Shown: piece after piece, positions 28,119 through 38,020 of the stretch | Numbering within the stretch: position 1 is the stretch's first letter | Layout of the letters: each line of letters begins with the position of its first letter | Assembly: GCA_016861265.1 (NCBI GenBank) | Contig: BOLA01000001.1 | Span: forward strand, 267,569-331,568 | Length of the DNA: 64,000 bases | Direction: 5' to 3' | Source: Patescibacteria group bacterium | GTDB lineage: Bacteria > Patescibacteriota > Dojkabacteria > J137 | Notes under the pieces: model-generated | What the model saw: only the letters and a program-made list of their open reading frames with translations | Told to the model about the DNA's origin: nothing | The model's database searches: none | Position numbers and translations under genes: made by a program

Positions 28119-29024
28119 ATGTTGTGCAGAAGATTTATTCCTTTTGCAGTTGTGTTTAGCTTCCTTTTTGTCTTTTTTAGATTTGGTTTACAGGCACAAA
28201 GCGTTACTTTCTCAGCTCAGGTAGGTGATACATCGTTGGTTGTAAACGGTTACAGTGCACCTAACTCGGTTGTAGTATTCACCGAAAATAACGCAGTTAT
28301 TGGTACTACCACTACTACGCTAACAGGGAGCTTTTCAAAAACTTTTACCGCGCTATCTTCTGGGCTTTTTATATTGGGCACCTACTCTATTGATGCAAAT
28401 AATAATTTTACATCAGTTATTCAACGTAACTTATACCTAATTGAATTTCAGGAGTTAGAAATAAATGATGTATATCTACCACCAACTATAAATCTAACTC
28501 AAGATCAAGATGAAATTACTATAGATGGTTATACCCTACCAAATACAACGGTAGAAATATTAATTAATACAGTACCTACAACTACTATTAATGTGACATC
28601 CAATCCACTTGGGTTTTATGAATATTCCCTACCAGTTAGCAACATAGGTGCAGGTAATTTTTCTATAAATGCATTTATTCTAGATAATATTAATCTGCAG
28701 ATATCTACAAACCCTATTAATTTTCAAATAATAGATCAAGATAATGAACCTAGCAATCCAATTGTGATAATTCCAGTTGCAAGCGAAACTGTGACTAATA
28801 CCAATCAAACTGTAGTAAGCCAAGGAAGGAGCTTCCCTGTTCTATCATGGCAAGCACTTGGTGAGGTACTAGGTGAGAGAGGTGTTGATTACTTTAATGA
28901 GGAAAAAATTATTCCACCAATTGTGATTTCATCTCTACTTCTTGTATCAATTATAGTTATAATATTGTTTGGTATTTATCGTATATTTAGTACTTTCAGA
29001 AAAAAAGATAATGAAAGAGAGTAA
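28119..29024 (+). CDS. Ig-like domain surface protein with C-terminal TM
   Basis: Signal peptide, GYSAPNSVV and GYTLPNTTV Ig-like repeats, C-terminal TM. Confidence 0.65.
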   Translation: MLCRRFIPFAVVFSFLFVFFRFGLQAQSVTFSAQVGDTSLVVNGYSAPNSVVVFTENNAVIGTTTTTLTGSFSKTFTALSSGLFILGTYSIDANNNFTSVIQRNLYLIEFQELEINDVYLPPTINLTQDQDEITIDGYTLPNTTVEILINTVPTTTINVTSNPLGFYEYSLPVSNIGAGNFSINAFILDNINLQISTNPINFQIIDQDNEPSNPIVIIPVASETVTNTNQTVVSQGRSFPVLSWQALGEVLGERGVDYFNEEKIIPPIVISSLLLVSIIVIILFGIYRIFSTFRKKDNERE

Positions 29025-30000
29025 AGACTTTTTGCTAAGAAAATCAATAAAAATGCTATTTGTTCATATAGTCACATTGATATTTCTAGTTATACTGCTT
29101 GTATTACAAGTAAACACCGAAGTAGAAAAGAAATATATAAATGTACTTCATGCTGAATTCAGCAAGTTTGATTTAAAAGTAGAAGCTCAAGCTGATATTT
29201 TATATTCTGTCAGATCCTTTTTTATAGTTAACGAAGGAGTGAATAAAGAAGAATGGGATTTCTTTTTACATTCACATAATATCTCCCACAGATACCCGAA
29301 TGTAGGTGATTTGAGTTACATTGAAATGATTAAAAGCAGCAATATTGTAGATAAAAGTGCTTATAAAAACCTAAGTAATAACGAAGACCACTACGTAGTA
29401 AAATACTCAACCTTAGACGAATCAATTATTGGTACAGATGTAGGATCAGATCAAGAAAGGTATTTAACAATTAAAAGAGCAATTGAGCAAAATCAGATTA
29501 TTATTACAGGCCCGGTTACTAGTTTTATTGATGCTCCAAGAAAGCTTATATTGTACTTACCAATTTACGAAAATGACTTTAACGATAATGGAGAAATTCA
29601 ATATAGAACTGAGAACGTTAAAGGTATAGTAGCGCTTTCTATGTACATGGATGATTTTATGGCTGAGATATTTGATGATTACCTACTTGAGAACTTTGAA
29701 ATTAGAGTTAGGAATCGGGATACAAATGAAGAGATCTACGCAAATAGCATAGACTTTACTAGTGCTATGCGACCACTTTCGGAGAAGGTTACTGTTAAGG
29801 TAGGCGGTAACTTTTGGGAAATTAATGTAAGAATCAACTACTTCTTTTTTGTAGATACTAGTACTAAAGTAGTATTTGTTGTAATTATATTTGGTGGAAT
29901 ACTCATTAACCTTTCTATTTATTCCATGTTAAGAAAATTCAGGAATATGCTCCTTATTTGTATGGAAAATGCAAAGGCCAATCCTCTATCTAAAAAGTAA
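29011..30000 (+). CDS. CHASE domain membrane sensor without output domain
   Basis: TM, VxxEEWxxF..RYP..IGxDVGSDxER..AI..ITGPV..LYLPIY..VGGNFWEI, TM, then stop; ATG at 29011 overlaps upstream gene. Confidence 0.75.
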   Translation: MKESKDFLLRKSIKMLFVHIVTLIFLVILLVLQVNTEVEKKYINVLHAEFSKFDLKVEAQADILYSVRSFFIVNEGVNKEEWDFFLHSHNISHRYPNVGDLSYIEMIKSSNIVDKSAYKNLSNNEDHYVVKYSTLDESIIGTDVGSDQERYLTIKRAIEQNQIIITGPVTSFIDAPRKLILYLPIYENDFNDNGEIQYRTENVKGIVALSMYMDDFMAEIFDDYLLENFEIRVRNRDTNEEIYANSIDFTSAMRPLSEKVTVKVGGNFWEINVRINYFFFVDTSTKVVFVVIIFGGILINLSIYSMLRKFRNMLLICMENAKANPLSKK

Positions 30001-30126
30001 CCAGTACAGGTGCTAGATATGTGGCAACCCACTTTGTTACCAGACATAGTCATCAACAGCTTGATTTTAATACAGAAAGTGATATAATAATTATATACGC
30101 ACATATACAAAAAAGGAAGTGTCGCA

Positions 30127-30600
30127 ATGAAGTTCGAAATGATTCACTACACTGTACAGATCGTCCGTCATGGTGGCGGAACCCAAGAGGTTCTAGCTGA
30201 CGCCGCTCATCTGCCTATCGTCCCGACAAAGGGCGATCTGGTGGAAACGGAAAACGGAGGATTTTTTCGGGTGAAGCACAACATCGGCGGAAATCGCCAG
30301 CTCGTGCTCGATGGCGGCCGATATCAGATCACCGGCTTCTTCTCCAAAGATGGAGCTGGCGTTGTGATTCGCCCCAGCGGTCGTATCGAAGGTGTTAAGG
30401 CGCAACCTACGGGCAAGCTCGTTGGTTTTGATGCCGCCTTGCCTGCGGGGAACCTCGTGAACGTCGACGGCAAGTACCTGATGATCGTCGAACGCATCAT
30501 CTCATCGCAAGGGGTGACCCTTGTGGTCGATGACCTCGAGCGAGACGTCCTCACGGGCGAGCCCGAACTGCAGGGCGTGGTAATGCGTTACACGTTCTAG
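30127..30600 (+). CDS. GC-rich hypothetical protein with two similar beta-rich halves
   Basis: PTKGDLVETENGGFFRV vs PAGNLVNVDGKYLMI; TGATATAAT promoter at 30080; AAGGAAG SD. Confidence 0.75.
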   Translation: MKFEMIHYTVQIVRHGGGTQEVLADAAHLPIVPTKGDLVETENGGFFRVKHNIGGNRQLVLDGGRYQITGFFSKDGAGVVIRPSGRIEGVKAQPTGKLVGFDAALPAGNLVNVDGKYLMIVERIISSQGVTLVVDDLERDVLTGEPELQGVVMRYTF

Positions 30601-30610
30601 TCTGTGCGCA

Positions 30611-30641
30611 AGAGGGCGCTGGAAACAAATCCAGCGCTCTT
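30611..30641. terminator. Bidirectional terminator
   Basis: GGGCGCTGGA..TCCAGCGCTC between convergent genes. Confidence 0.7.
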
Positions 30642-30648
30642 AAGCTTT

Positions 30649-31506
30649 TTATTCTCCTCTGTAAGCTTTTTCTAATTCCTCAACAATAATCTTTTTTTGT
30701 CCCAACATACACTGGTTAACTCTCTGTACCTTTTCTTGATCTGGATCACTGCTTAACTCCATTAGTCTTTTAGGAATTATCTGCCAAGATACTCCAAATT
30801 TATCCTTTAACCAACCACATTGGCTTTCTTCACCACCATCTTTTACTAAGTTATCCCATAGGTAATCAACTTCTTGTTGATCTTTACAATCTACAAACAA
30901 CGAAATACCTTCATTAAACTCAAATTTATGATCCATAGAACTATCCATTACAACGAATTCCTGACCAGCAATTGTAAAAGGACCGTGGTTTAACCTACCT
31001 TTATCAGGGCCTTCAGCATATCTACTTAATTCACCTACTTTTGAGTCTTTAAACAAAGAAGTATATAGTTTTATTGCCTCTTCTGCTCTACCCGCATTCT
31101 CTTTTACAAATAGTAAACATGGAGTAATTTTTTGCTCGGCTTCTCCAACCATAATTTGCCAAGATACGCCAAACTTATCTTCTAACCATCCATATTTTTC
31201 TGAAAAGTCGTATTTGCCGTATTCCATTAAAACACTTGCTCCTTCAGATAATTTACCCCAATATTCATCGGCTTCCTGCTCATTTGCACAAGCTACCATA
31301 AACGAAATTGACGGGTTAATTTTAAATGCTGGACCTGCATCCATTCCTTGAAACTCAAATCCTTCTAGTGCAAAGTCTGCCACCTTAACTTCTGGTGTTA
31401 GGGCTGTAACATGGTGTATTTTTGAATTTTTGAAGATCGACACATAAAAATTGGCTGCCTGTTCTACTTGGTTATCGAACCAAAGAAATGGTGTAATTTT
31501 TTGCAT
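30649..31506 (-). CDS. VOC/PhnB-like (3-demethylubiquinone-9 3-methyltransferase family) double-domain protein
   Basis: QKITPFLWF..GWLEDKFGVSWQI pattern repeated twice. Confidence 0.92.
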   Translation of the reverse strand: MQKITPFLWFDNQVEQAANFYVSIFKNSKIHHVTALTPEVKVADFALEGFEFQGMDAGPAFKINPSISFMVACANEQEADEYWGKLSEGASVLMEYGKYDFSEKYGWLEDKFGVSWQIMVGEAEQKITPCLLFVKENAGRAEEAIKLYTSLFKDSKVGELSRYAEGPDKGRLNHGPFTIAGQEFVVMDSSMDHKFEFNEGISLFVDCKDQQEVDYLWDNLVKDGGEESQCGWLKDKFGVSWQIIPKRLMELSSDPDQEKVQRVNQCMLGQKKIIVEELEKAYRGE

Positions 31507-31611
31507 TAATTATATTTTAAAAATAATAGACATTATATATTAAATATCAGATTGAACCTAGTAGGGTAAACACATTATAGGGGCAAGAGGTTTTGTGTAG
31601 TAAGAATCAAA

Positions 31612-31633
31612 AAAGGAGCATCTCTGCTCCTTT
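31612..31633 (-). terminator. Intrinsic terminator
   Basis: AAAGGAGCA-TCTC-TGCTCCTTT. Confidence 0.7.
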
Positions 31634-31651
31634 AAAATATTTAGATTATAT

Positions 31652-32110
31652 TTATTTACTTGCGTTGTATTTTTTTAATGCAACTTCAAGAATTTGATCG
31701 TGGTCAAAAGCCAGTGGCTTTGGTAATTTATTTAAATCAAACCACTCTGCTTCTGTGGTGTCGTTATCGGCACCATCTTGTGGTTTTAAATCAGATAATT
31801 CATCGGTAACTATTAAATATGCAATAGAAACAACTCTTTTTCTTGGGTCTCTATTAACTTTTCCAAAAGCTTGAATTTGTTCAATGTGCTTTGCAGTTTT
31901 AAAGCCAGTTTCTTCTTCGAGTTCTCTTAATGCTGCATCTTCTAGTTCTTCATGGTCATGTACAAATCCACCGGGAATAGCCCACTGACCTTCGAATGGT
32001 GCATACTTTCTTTTAATTAAAAGCAAATATTTCGCATCCTTTTGTTCAGATATTACAACAATATCTACTGCAACTTTAAGTTCTTGTAAGTCAATAACGA
32101 ATTTTTTCAT
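31652..32110 (-). CDS. NUDIX hydrolase (ADP-ribose pyrophosphatase/NrtR-type domain, no HTH)
   Basis: WAIPGGFV..ELEDAALRELEEETG Nudix box; RDPR; LAFDH. Confidence 0.92.
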   Translation of the reverse strand: MKKFVIDLQELKVAVDIVVISEQKDAKYLLLIKRKYAPFEGQWAIPGGFVHDHEELEDAALRELEEETGFKTAKHIEQIQAFGKVNRDPRKRVVSIAYLIVTDELSDLKPQDGADNDTTEAEWFDLNKLPKPLAFDHDQILEVALKKYNASK

Positions 32111-32114
32111 ATTA

Positions 32115-33218
32115 TTAATTAAAAGTTAATTTATAACCTTTGTTATATAAAGTTACTATATCTATATTATAACCAGATTGTTTTAGTTTTTTTCTTAATC
32201 TAGACATTCTTTGCTCAATAGCCCATTCAGAATATTTTTCATCAACTTGATCACCCCAAATAATCTTAGCCATCTCTTCCTTAGAAACTTCGGGATTTGC
32301 GTGCATATATTCAATCATTGTTTTTTCACTTTTTGTGAATAAATCAAAATTGATATTAAGTTTATTATCTTGAGTAACAGTTTCTTGTTTAATTTTGTAA
32401 TTAATTAGTTTTTCTTTAATAGCTGGCACTGAAATATCACCATTAACTATAAAGCCTACTTTTTCGTACATTTCTACAATTTCTTGTTCATGTCTGTTCA
32501 ATTTCATTTTATTTATAACTTTTTTGAAGGTACTAATTTCTTCTATAGTCATGTTGTCCAGTAAATACCCTATAAAGTTATCTAGATGTTGGCTTCCTAG
32601 TAAAATGTCTCTATACATTCTTTTAAAAGTACCAAAATGAGTATTTGTTTTTGCAAATATCTCTTCTAGTGTTTTAGTTTCGATTGGCTCAGGTTTTTTT
32701 AGTAATTGTCTGATAATCGAATCTTTATCCCATGTACCTATTTTAAAGTAGATAATTGCATCGAATATACTCGATGACACAGGGAATGCTTTTGTAAATT
32801 TATCTTCAATATTTGGAGTTTCAATTAAGTATATAAACTTAACTCTATTTTTATATTTTTTAATTAATCCATCGATAGATGCTACTAATTTATAGGCGTC
32901 ACCATAAATTTCGATGTCATCAATTAATACTACAATTTCGTACCCTTCTTTTAGGGATTCTAATAAACCAGTACCAAATTTATCCTTTTTTCTAAGTTCA
33001 ATATCTATACAATTTTCAAGTGAGTCGATATCAGTATCCTTTAAAGACTGAGTAGATATGTAAATAAACGCATATTGTGCGTCGTAATTTTGAGGATTTT
33101 GATCTAGGTTGTCTAAAATATCATATAAATTACTAATTCCATCATCTGGAAAGCTTAATATAGTAGGACTAACCCCCATATTTAAGTAATTTACAATCTT
33201 TTTTATATCTTGCTCCAT
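32115..33218 (-). CDS. Putative regulator with C-terminal OmpR/PhoB-type winged helix and degenerate ATPase-like N-terminus
   Basis: IIWG..WAIEQRMSRLRKKL..IVTLYNKGYKL; IVVLIDD Walker-B-like. Confidence 0.75.
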   Translation of the reverse strand: MEQDIKKIVNYLNMGVSPTILSFPDDGISNLYDILDNLDQNPQNYDAQYAFIYISTQSLKDTDIDSLENCIDIELRKKDKFGTGLLESLKEGYEIVVLIDDIEIYGDAYKLVASIDGLIKKYKNRVKFIYLIETPNIEDKFTKAFPVSSSIFDAIIYFKIGTWDKDSIIRQLLKKPEPIETKTLEEIFAKTNTHFGTFKRMYRDILLGSQHLDNFIGYLLDNMTIEEISTFKKVINKMKLNRHEQEIVEMYEKVGFIVNGDISVPAIKEKLINYKIKQETVTQDNKLNINFDLFTKSEKTMIEYMHANPEVSKEEMAKIIWGDQVDEKYSEWAIEQRMSRLRKKLKQSGYNIDIVTLYNKGYKLTFN

Positions 33219-33273
33219 ACTTATGGATTTTGTATTAAATATATAACAATTATATCACCAAAGGCCACTTAAT

Positions 33274-35187
33274 TCAATTTGTGTTATCCGTTCCTGGTAA
33301 CCCAATATTAACTGCTGGAAGAAATATTTTTTCTAAAAACAGCAGTGTTGCAATACCCCTATAACCTTCATCCCAGAAAGTTCCTGAGTAATCAATTAGA
33401 TTCGAATGCTCAGTCTGGACCTGCTTAGCTCCAGGGTAAAATCGCTTATAACCTTTATGCATTAGTCTACATTGTAATATATCCATTTCTAATTGCCTTA
33501 AAAATTGAGTTCGAATTTGTGGTTCTTCTACTCCAAATCTATTTAAATTAAAGTATTTCGATATTATATTTGAATAAATATCTCTTAACTCCGGGCAACC
33601 ACCTATCCATAAACTATTCATTAATATATGAACTTCTAAAGGTCCAAGAATATTTTCTTCTCTTGGAACATCTCTGAAACCATAAATGCCATTATGTTTA
33701 TATAGCCAGAATTCAAGAATTTTATCAATGCCGTTTATCTCAGGGATAGTTTGCCTTAACAAATCCATTATCTCAGAACGTTTTTCCCATGGAGTTTCTG
33801 GCTTAAAGAAAATTGCCATATCTATATCTGAGTTTGTACCTGCATATCCTTTTAGCCTTGAACCAAAACCAATAACAAATGGATAAACATATTTTGAGAG
33901 CTCATAGCTTTGCTCTATTCTTTTTGCAACAATTGCTAATAATTTAAAGTCCTTATTTATTAATTGTTCACTACTGACTGCTTGGGCTTGGGATAAATCT
34001 GTTAATTGGAGTCCCAAATTTGTAAGATACTCTTTAGGAACTACATTTAATCTGACTAGATAATTTAATCCCGTAATAATTGCATCTCTAACTTCACCTT
34101 GAGCATTTTGAAAACTATTCTCAATGATTACTCTATAGGTTTGAAATAATCCTTTAGCATCTTCTAAATTTAAATATGATATTCTTTCTGCTGCGGTAAA
34201 AATTGATTTAATTGCTACAATTAAAAAAACATTATCAAAACCCTCCATTAGTGCAATCGATTGTAGGTCTAGATTTGTACTTAATAACTGACTAGCAATT
34301 TCATTAACTGCACTATTAATTATTTGCTCTCTTGAAACTTGCTTCTCCCATTTTGCTCTCGCTCTAGAAATCGTTCTAGCGTAATCAGAATTTAAATCAT
34401 ATTTATTTTCTAAGCTTATTAAGTCGAATTCTAAATGCTTAATTATTTCTTCTAAAGTTTTTGGAACTTCTAACTGAGGCAGTTGTGAAGTAATGTTTTC
34501 ACCTAACAGACTTCTAAAAAGCATGCCTATTATTGGTTTACGGCTAGACATTTCAGTTATTAAATCAATATAAACATCGTCTAGTATTCCGCTATAAGAA
34601 GCAGTCAGCATTCCTTCGAGTATTGATTTTATTAATTCTTCTTCTTGCGATATTTCTAATAGTTCAATTAGTAATTCCGGTTTAATTATTGTAAGTTTGA
34701 GAAATATTGGAATTAAATGAGCTATTTTTCTTACTCGCTCAGGAATTCCCAATCCAGGTTCTAGAACATCACCATCTACAAAGTTTGCTCTTATGTCACT
34801 TTCGTGAAGTAATCTTATAAATCCAATTTCGATTAGTTCTTTTAATCTAGTCTGCAAATTAAATAACTCATGTTCGAAAAGAGAATATGGAAAATATAGA
34901 AGTATTCTAGAGTTATTTGTATCGAGTTCTAAAAAATCAGCTAGTTGAGTGTATAATGATAGTAATTCCTCTGATGTTACTTCTTGTTGTAAAGATTTTT
35001 TATGTAGAATACTTCTCAAATTACTTGAAAAACTCTCTCTTTGCAAAGCCTGGTCAACTAAATCTGGATTTATCGTAATATCAGTTGGCAATAAATCATT
35101 AGTTAAATAATTTTGAGTTGTTAAAGGTTCAATTAAATGTACAGAACCTACACCTTCTATATTTTTAATTAGATCTGATTGATTCAT
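33274..35187 (-). CDS. Large protein with a Pol-beta-superfamily nucleotidyltransferase domain
   Basis: IGFGSRLKGYAGTNSDIDMAIFF (hGS-x10-DhD); start overlaps the PurA-like stop. Confidence 0.7.
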   Translation of the reverse strand: MNQSDLIKNIEGVGSVHLIEPLTTQNYLTNDLLPTDITINPDLVDQALQRESFSSNLRSILHKKSLQQEVTSEELLSLYTQLADFLELDTNNSRILLYFPYSLFEHELFNLQTRLKELIEIGFIRLLHESDIRANFVDGDVLEPGLGIPERVRKIAHLIPIFLKLTIIKPELLIELLEISQEEELIKSILEGMLTASYSGILDDVYIDLITEMSSRKPIIGMLFRSLLGENITSQLPQLEVPKTLEEIIKHLEFDLISLENKYDLNSDYARTISRARAKWEKQVSREQIINSAVNEIASQLLSTNLDLQSIALMEGFDNVFLIVAIKSIFTAAERISYLNLEDAKGLFQTYRVIIENSFQNAQGEVRDAIITGLNYLVRLNVVPKEYLTNLGLQLTDLSQAQAVSSEQLINKDFKLLAIVAKRIEQSYELSKYVYPFVIGFGSRLKGYAGTNSDIDMAIFFKPETPWEKRSEIMDLLRQTIPEINGIDKILEFWLYKHNGIYGFRDVPREENILGPLEVHILMNSLWIGGCPELRDIYSNIISKYFNLNRFGVEEPQIRTQFLRQLEMDILQCRLMHKGYKRFYPGAKQVQTEHSNLIDYSGTFWDEGYRGIATLLFLEKIFLPAVNIGLPGTDNTN

Positions 35188-36671
35188 TAAGCTTCTATTT
35201 CTTTATCTGAATTATCGGTTTTCCAACCGCCTGTTCTTGAAAGTAAAGCTTCATGGCCCTTTCGAATCCTTCTATCAGAAGCTTTTGGGCCGTGAGAAGT
35301 AGCAACAACATTTACTTTTAAGTTCTCCTCTACATATTCTAAAAATACTTGCTCCAAACTTTTATCTTCGGTAGCAACCAAAGTTCTTAATACTGGTTTA
35401 CATTGTTTAAGTAATTCAGTTAACCTAACTTGATGGTTATAGTGTTTTTCATCTTGAGTATTAGCAACAACTTTTATTGCTTTTATTACGCCATCTTCAA
35501 TAACAAAATAATCTTCAAGATCATCTGCAATCCCGTCGAATATATAAGCTTCACAAACCTGCCACTCACTGAATTGATTTAAAACATCTAAATAACTTAT
35601 TATTAATCCGTCGTATGTATTTGCTCCACCGCTAATCGCTAAGGAATACTGCATTGCAACCAAATCGTATTGACCATTCTTAAAATCACCTAGCCAATCA
35701 TTACCTGTATTATTATGAGTTTCGTGTATGGCACTAGACATTTCAGGACTAAAGCTAACAAGAGGTCCTGCACCATGCCTAGTCATGTAGCATCTTGAAA
35801 CTCCTAATCTAATAACCTTTCCTGAGTAATTTTTTGTTTCCAGAGTTTCCAGTAAATCTGAAGACGTTGGATCAATTTGTGTAGTGTGCGGTATAAATCC
35901 ATACCAAGGATGTAATAAAGAACCGTGTGAAGGTTCGGTTACAATTGCTCCTTCTTGATTTAGAATTCCAGTAAATTGTTCGTCATTAGAAATTTGAACA
36001 AGTGCTGCTAAGCATTCAAAAGATTCAACAGTTGCTACTACTAAACTTGTACTATTTAAAATTTTCATTTCTGAATAAACTTCGTCAGGCAATTCTTCAA
36101 TTCCCATATCACTTATAATTTGGATTGCTTGCTGTAGTTTATGCTGTCTAATTGCCTCTACTTTTCGCATTAAATAATCTGTTCCAAGGCTAAATTCAGC
36201 AGCAGTTATTCCTAAATCAGGAGAAGTCCTTGAATCTTTTATAGCATCACCAACTCCTTTACCTACTGTTCCTTTTTTTTGATCTCTTAATCTTTCTTTG
36301 AATCTACTAAATGCTCCATGAAAGGGAGTTACGGTTAAACAGTTTCCGTCAATTGAGATTAAATCCAATGGATTTGCAATACCTTTTGCTTCAAGTTCTA
36401 AAGCTTCCGTAAATAAATCCACAGGGTTAATAACCATGTGAGTTAAATGTGTTTTTGCACCTTCAAAAGTCCCACAACCAAAATGAGAAAACATTTGTTC
36501 GGTTCCATCTTCGTTAATAATGTGATGACCAGCCTGAGAACCACCTGTTCTTAAAACAGTGTGGGCATTTAAAAGTTGAGTTAACCATTGTACCGTTGCA
36601 CCTTTAGTTTCCTCACCAATACCTAGACCATTAATTACTACAATCTCCGAATTATTTTTTACTCCATCCAT
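35187..36671 (-). CDS. Divergent adenylosuccinate synthetase (PurA)-like protein
   Basis: GLGIGEETKG, GGSQAGH, FSHFGCG, GTVGKGVG, EPSHGSLL, YMTRHGAGP, SHGP; start probably ATG 36671. Confidence 0.85.
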   Translation of the reverse strand: MDGVKNNSEIVVINGLGIGEETKGATVQWLTQLLNAHTVLRTGGSQAGHHIINEDGTEQMFSHFGCGTFEGAKTHLTHMVINPVDLFTEALELEAKGIANPLDLISIDGNCLTVTPFHGAFSRFKERLRDQKKGTVGKGVGDAIKDSRTSPDLGITAAEFSLGTDYLMRKVEAIRQHKLQQAIQIISDMGIEELPDEVYSEMKILNSTSLVVATVESFECLAALVQISNDEQFTGILNQEGAIVTEPSHGSLLHPWYGFIPHTTQIDPTSSDLLETLETKNYSGKVIRLGVSRCYMTRHGAGPLVSFSPEMSSAIHETHNNTGNDWLGDFKNGQYDLVAMQYSLAISGGANTYDGLIISYLDVLNQFSEWQVCEAYIFDGIADDLEDYFVIEDGVIKAIKVVANTQDEKHYNHQVRLTELLKQCKPVLRTLVATEDKSLEQVFLEYVEENLKVNVVATSHGPKASDRRIRKGHEALLSRTGGWKTDNSDKEIEA

Positions 36672-36744
36672 ATTATTAAATTTAAAGTTATTCCTTTTCG
36701 TCCTTTTGGACTCATCAGTTTTGATACACATCAAAATAAGGATC

Positions 36745-36775
36745 GAGCAGGTGAGATTTTCATCATCACCTGCTC
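36745..36775 (-). terminator. Hairpin ending the GC-rich kinase-like/vWA transcript
   Basis: GAGCAGGTGA...TCACCTGCTC 10-bp stem. Confidence 0.7.
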
Positions 36776-36776
36776 A

Positions 36777-36792
36777 AACATGTGAATAGCTA
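36777..36792. repeat. Left arm of 16-bp inverted repeat (partner 39051-39066)
   Basis: AACATGTGAATAGCTA vs reverse complement of TAGCTATTCACTTGTT: 15/16. Confidence 0.85.
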
Positions 36793-36793
36793 C

Positions 36794-37957
36794 TTAGAAC
36801 TTCGACCAGTCGAAGGGCTTACGTGGCGGGCGCGGGGTCGAAACATCTTCTTCCGCCTCCCCACTTTCGAAGACAGCCTGACCTTCCGCCTTGGGGTGAC
36901 CAATCGGCCAGGCATGGCGATAATTCTCGAACTCATCCCCGGGCTTCGGCATGACACCGAAGTTGGGCAAACGAGTCTGAGCGCCGGCATCGATCTTGGC
37001 GACTTCCAGCGCGTACCAGATTGCGTTGGCATCGCGCTGCGAAATCGGCTGGTTCGTACCGCGCGTTGTCTCGATCAGGAAATCAACCAAACGCTGCTGC
37101 GTCACGCCGACGTTCTCGGTGATGTAGATGATCGCAACCTGAGTTTCAGCGATCAGGTCAGCATTGGGGACAAGGACAACGCGTCCTTTACCCAAAGTGC
37201 TTTCCCAGAAGCTGGTCACGTGGTTGCGTGTTGCTGCTTGACCACCACGCGCCACCTGAAGGTAGAACGTGTGCCACGCCTTATTCAGGCTGCGGGCGAG
37301 ATCACTGGTCTTGGTCGTGGATTGCAGACCAATCCCCAAGTGCAGCATTGCTGCTTCCTTGGTGATGCTGCCGCGACCTTCTTGGTCACCGACAATCATC
37401 ATGTAGCCTTTGAGGCCGTACATGGTATAGATGTCGGTCTGGACAGCGCGATCAACGTAGGCGAGCGCCATGTCGTAGTCTTCAACCGGATCGCCGCCGC
37501 TTTCCGCTGCGAGCAGAAGACGAAGCTGTTCAGCAATCCGATTGTCGGACTCGAACTGAGTCTGTTGATAGACCGGTTTGCTGTCGTCAACGTCCTGAAC
37601 CACTGCGGATGAGAGCTGCATGTTGTAGCGCTCCCGGGCGAAACCCAGCATGTCGTAGATCGTGCCAAGCTCAAAGAAAGCCTTGCCCACGTTCTCGCCC
37701 ATGCTGGCAGTACCGTCGAATACCGTGAGCAACGGCATCGCCGGGCCATTCTTGAGGATGGTCTTGTCGCCTTCACGCACCAAAGCGTTACGCGACTTAC
37801 GGGTCTTGCCATTGATGTCCACCAACGGATCGACCTTACCGGTTGCGCGGAAAACACGATCACCGACCTCGTGTACCGTCTCACGACGGGCTTTCATGGT
37901 GGCGACCGTTTCTTCGAACTTGGCACTGCTGAAGGTTGCGACGTCTGTTGTACGCAT
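36794..37957 (-). CDS. GC-rich vWA (MIDAS) domain protein
   Basis: LLTVFDGTASMG (DxTxS), GGDPVEDY, MIVGDQE. Confidence 0.8.
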   Translation of the reverse strand: MRTTDVATFSSAKFEETVATMKARRETVHEVGDRVFRATGKVDPLVDINGKTRKSRNALVREGDKTILKNGPAMPLLTVFDGTASMGENVGKAFFELGTIYDMLGFARERYNMQLSSAVVQDVDDSKPVYQQTQFESDNRIAEQLRLLLAAESGGDPVEDYDMALAYVDRAVQTDIYTMYGLKGYMMIVGDQEGRGSITKEAAMLHLGIGLQSTTKTSDLARSLNKAWHTFYLQVARGGQAATRNHVTSFWESTLGKGRVVLVPNADLIAETQVAIIYITENVGVTQQRLVDFLIETTRGTNQPISQRDANAIWYALEVAKIDAGAQTRLPNFGVMPKPGDEFENYRHAWPIGHPKAEGQAVFESGEAEEDVSTPRPPRKPFDWSKF

Positions 37958-38020
37958 GATTGTTGTCTCTGCTTTCTTGGATTTGTTTTAGATTCGGATT
38001 GAGTTGGGCGAATGCCTGAG

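Noticed and set aside
35187-36734. Calling the gene purA or purZ
   Set aside because: P-loop GEETKG matches neither canonical PurA (GDEGKG) nor the Ser-substituted PurZ pattern
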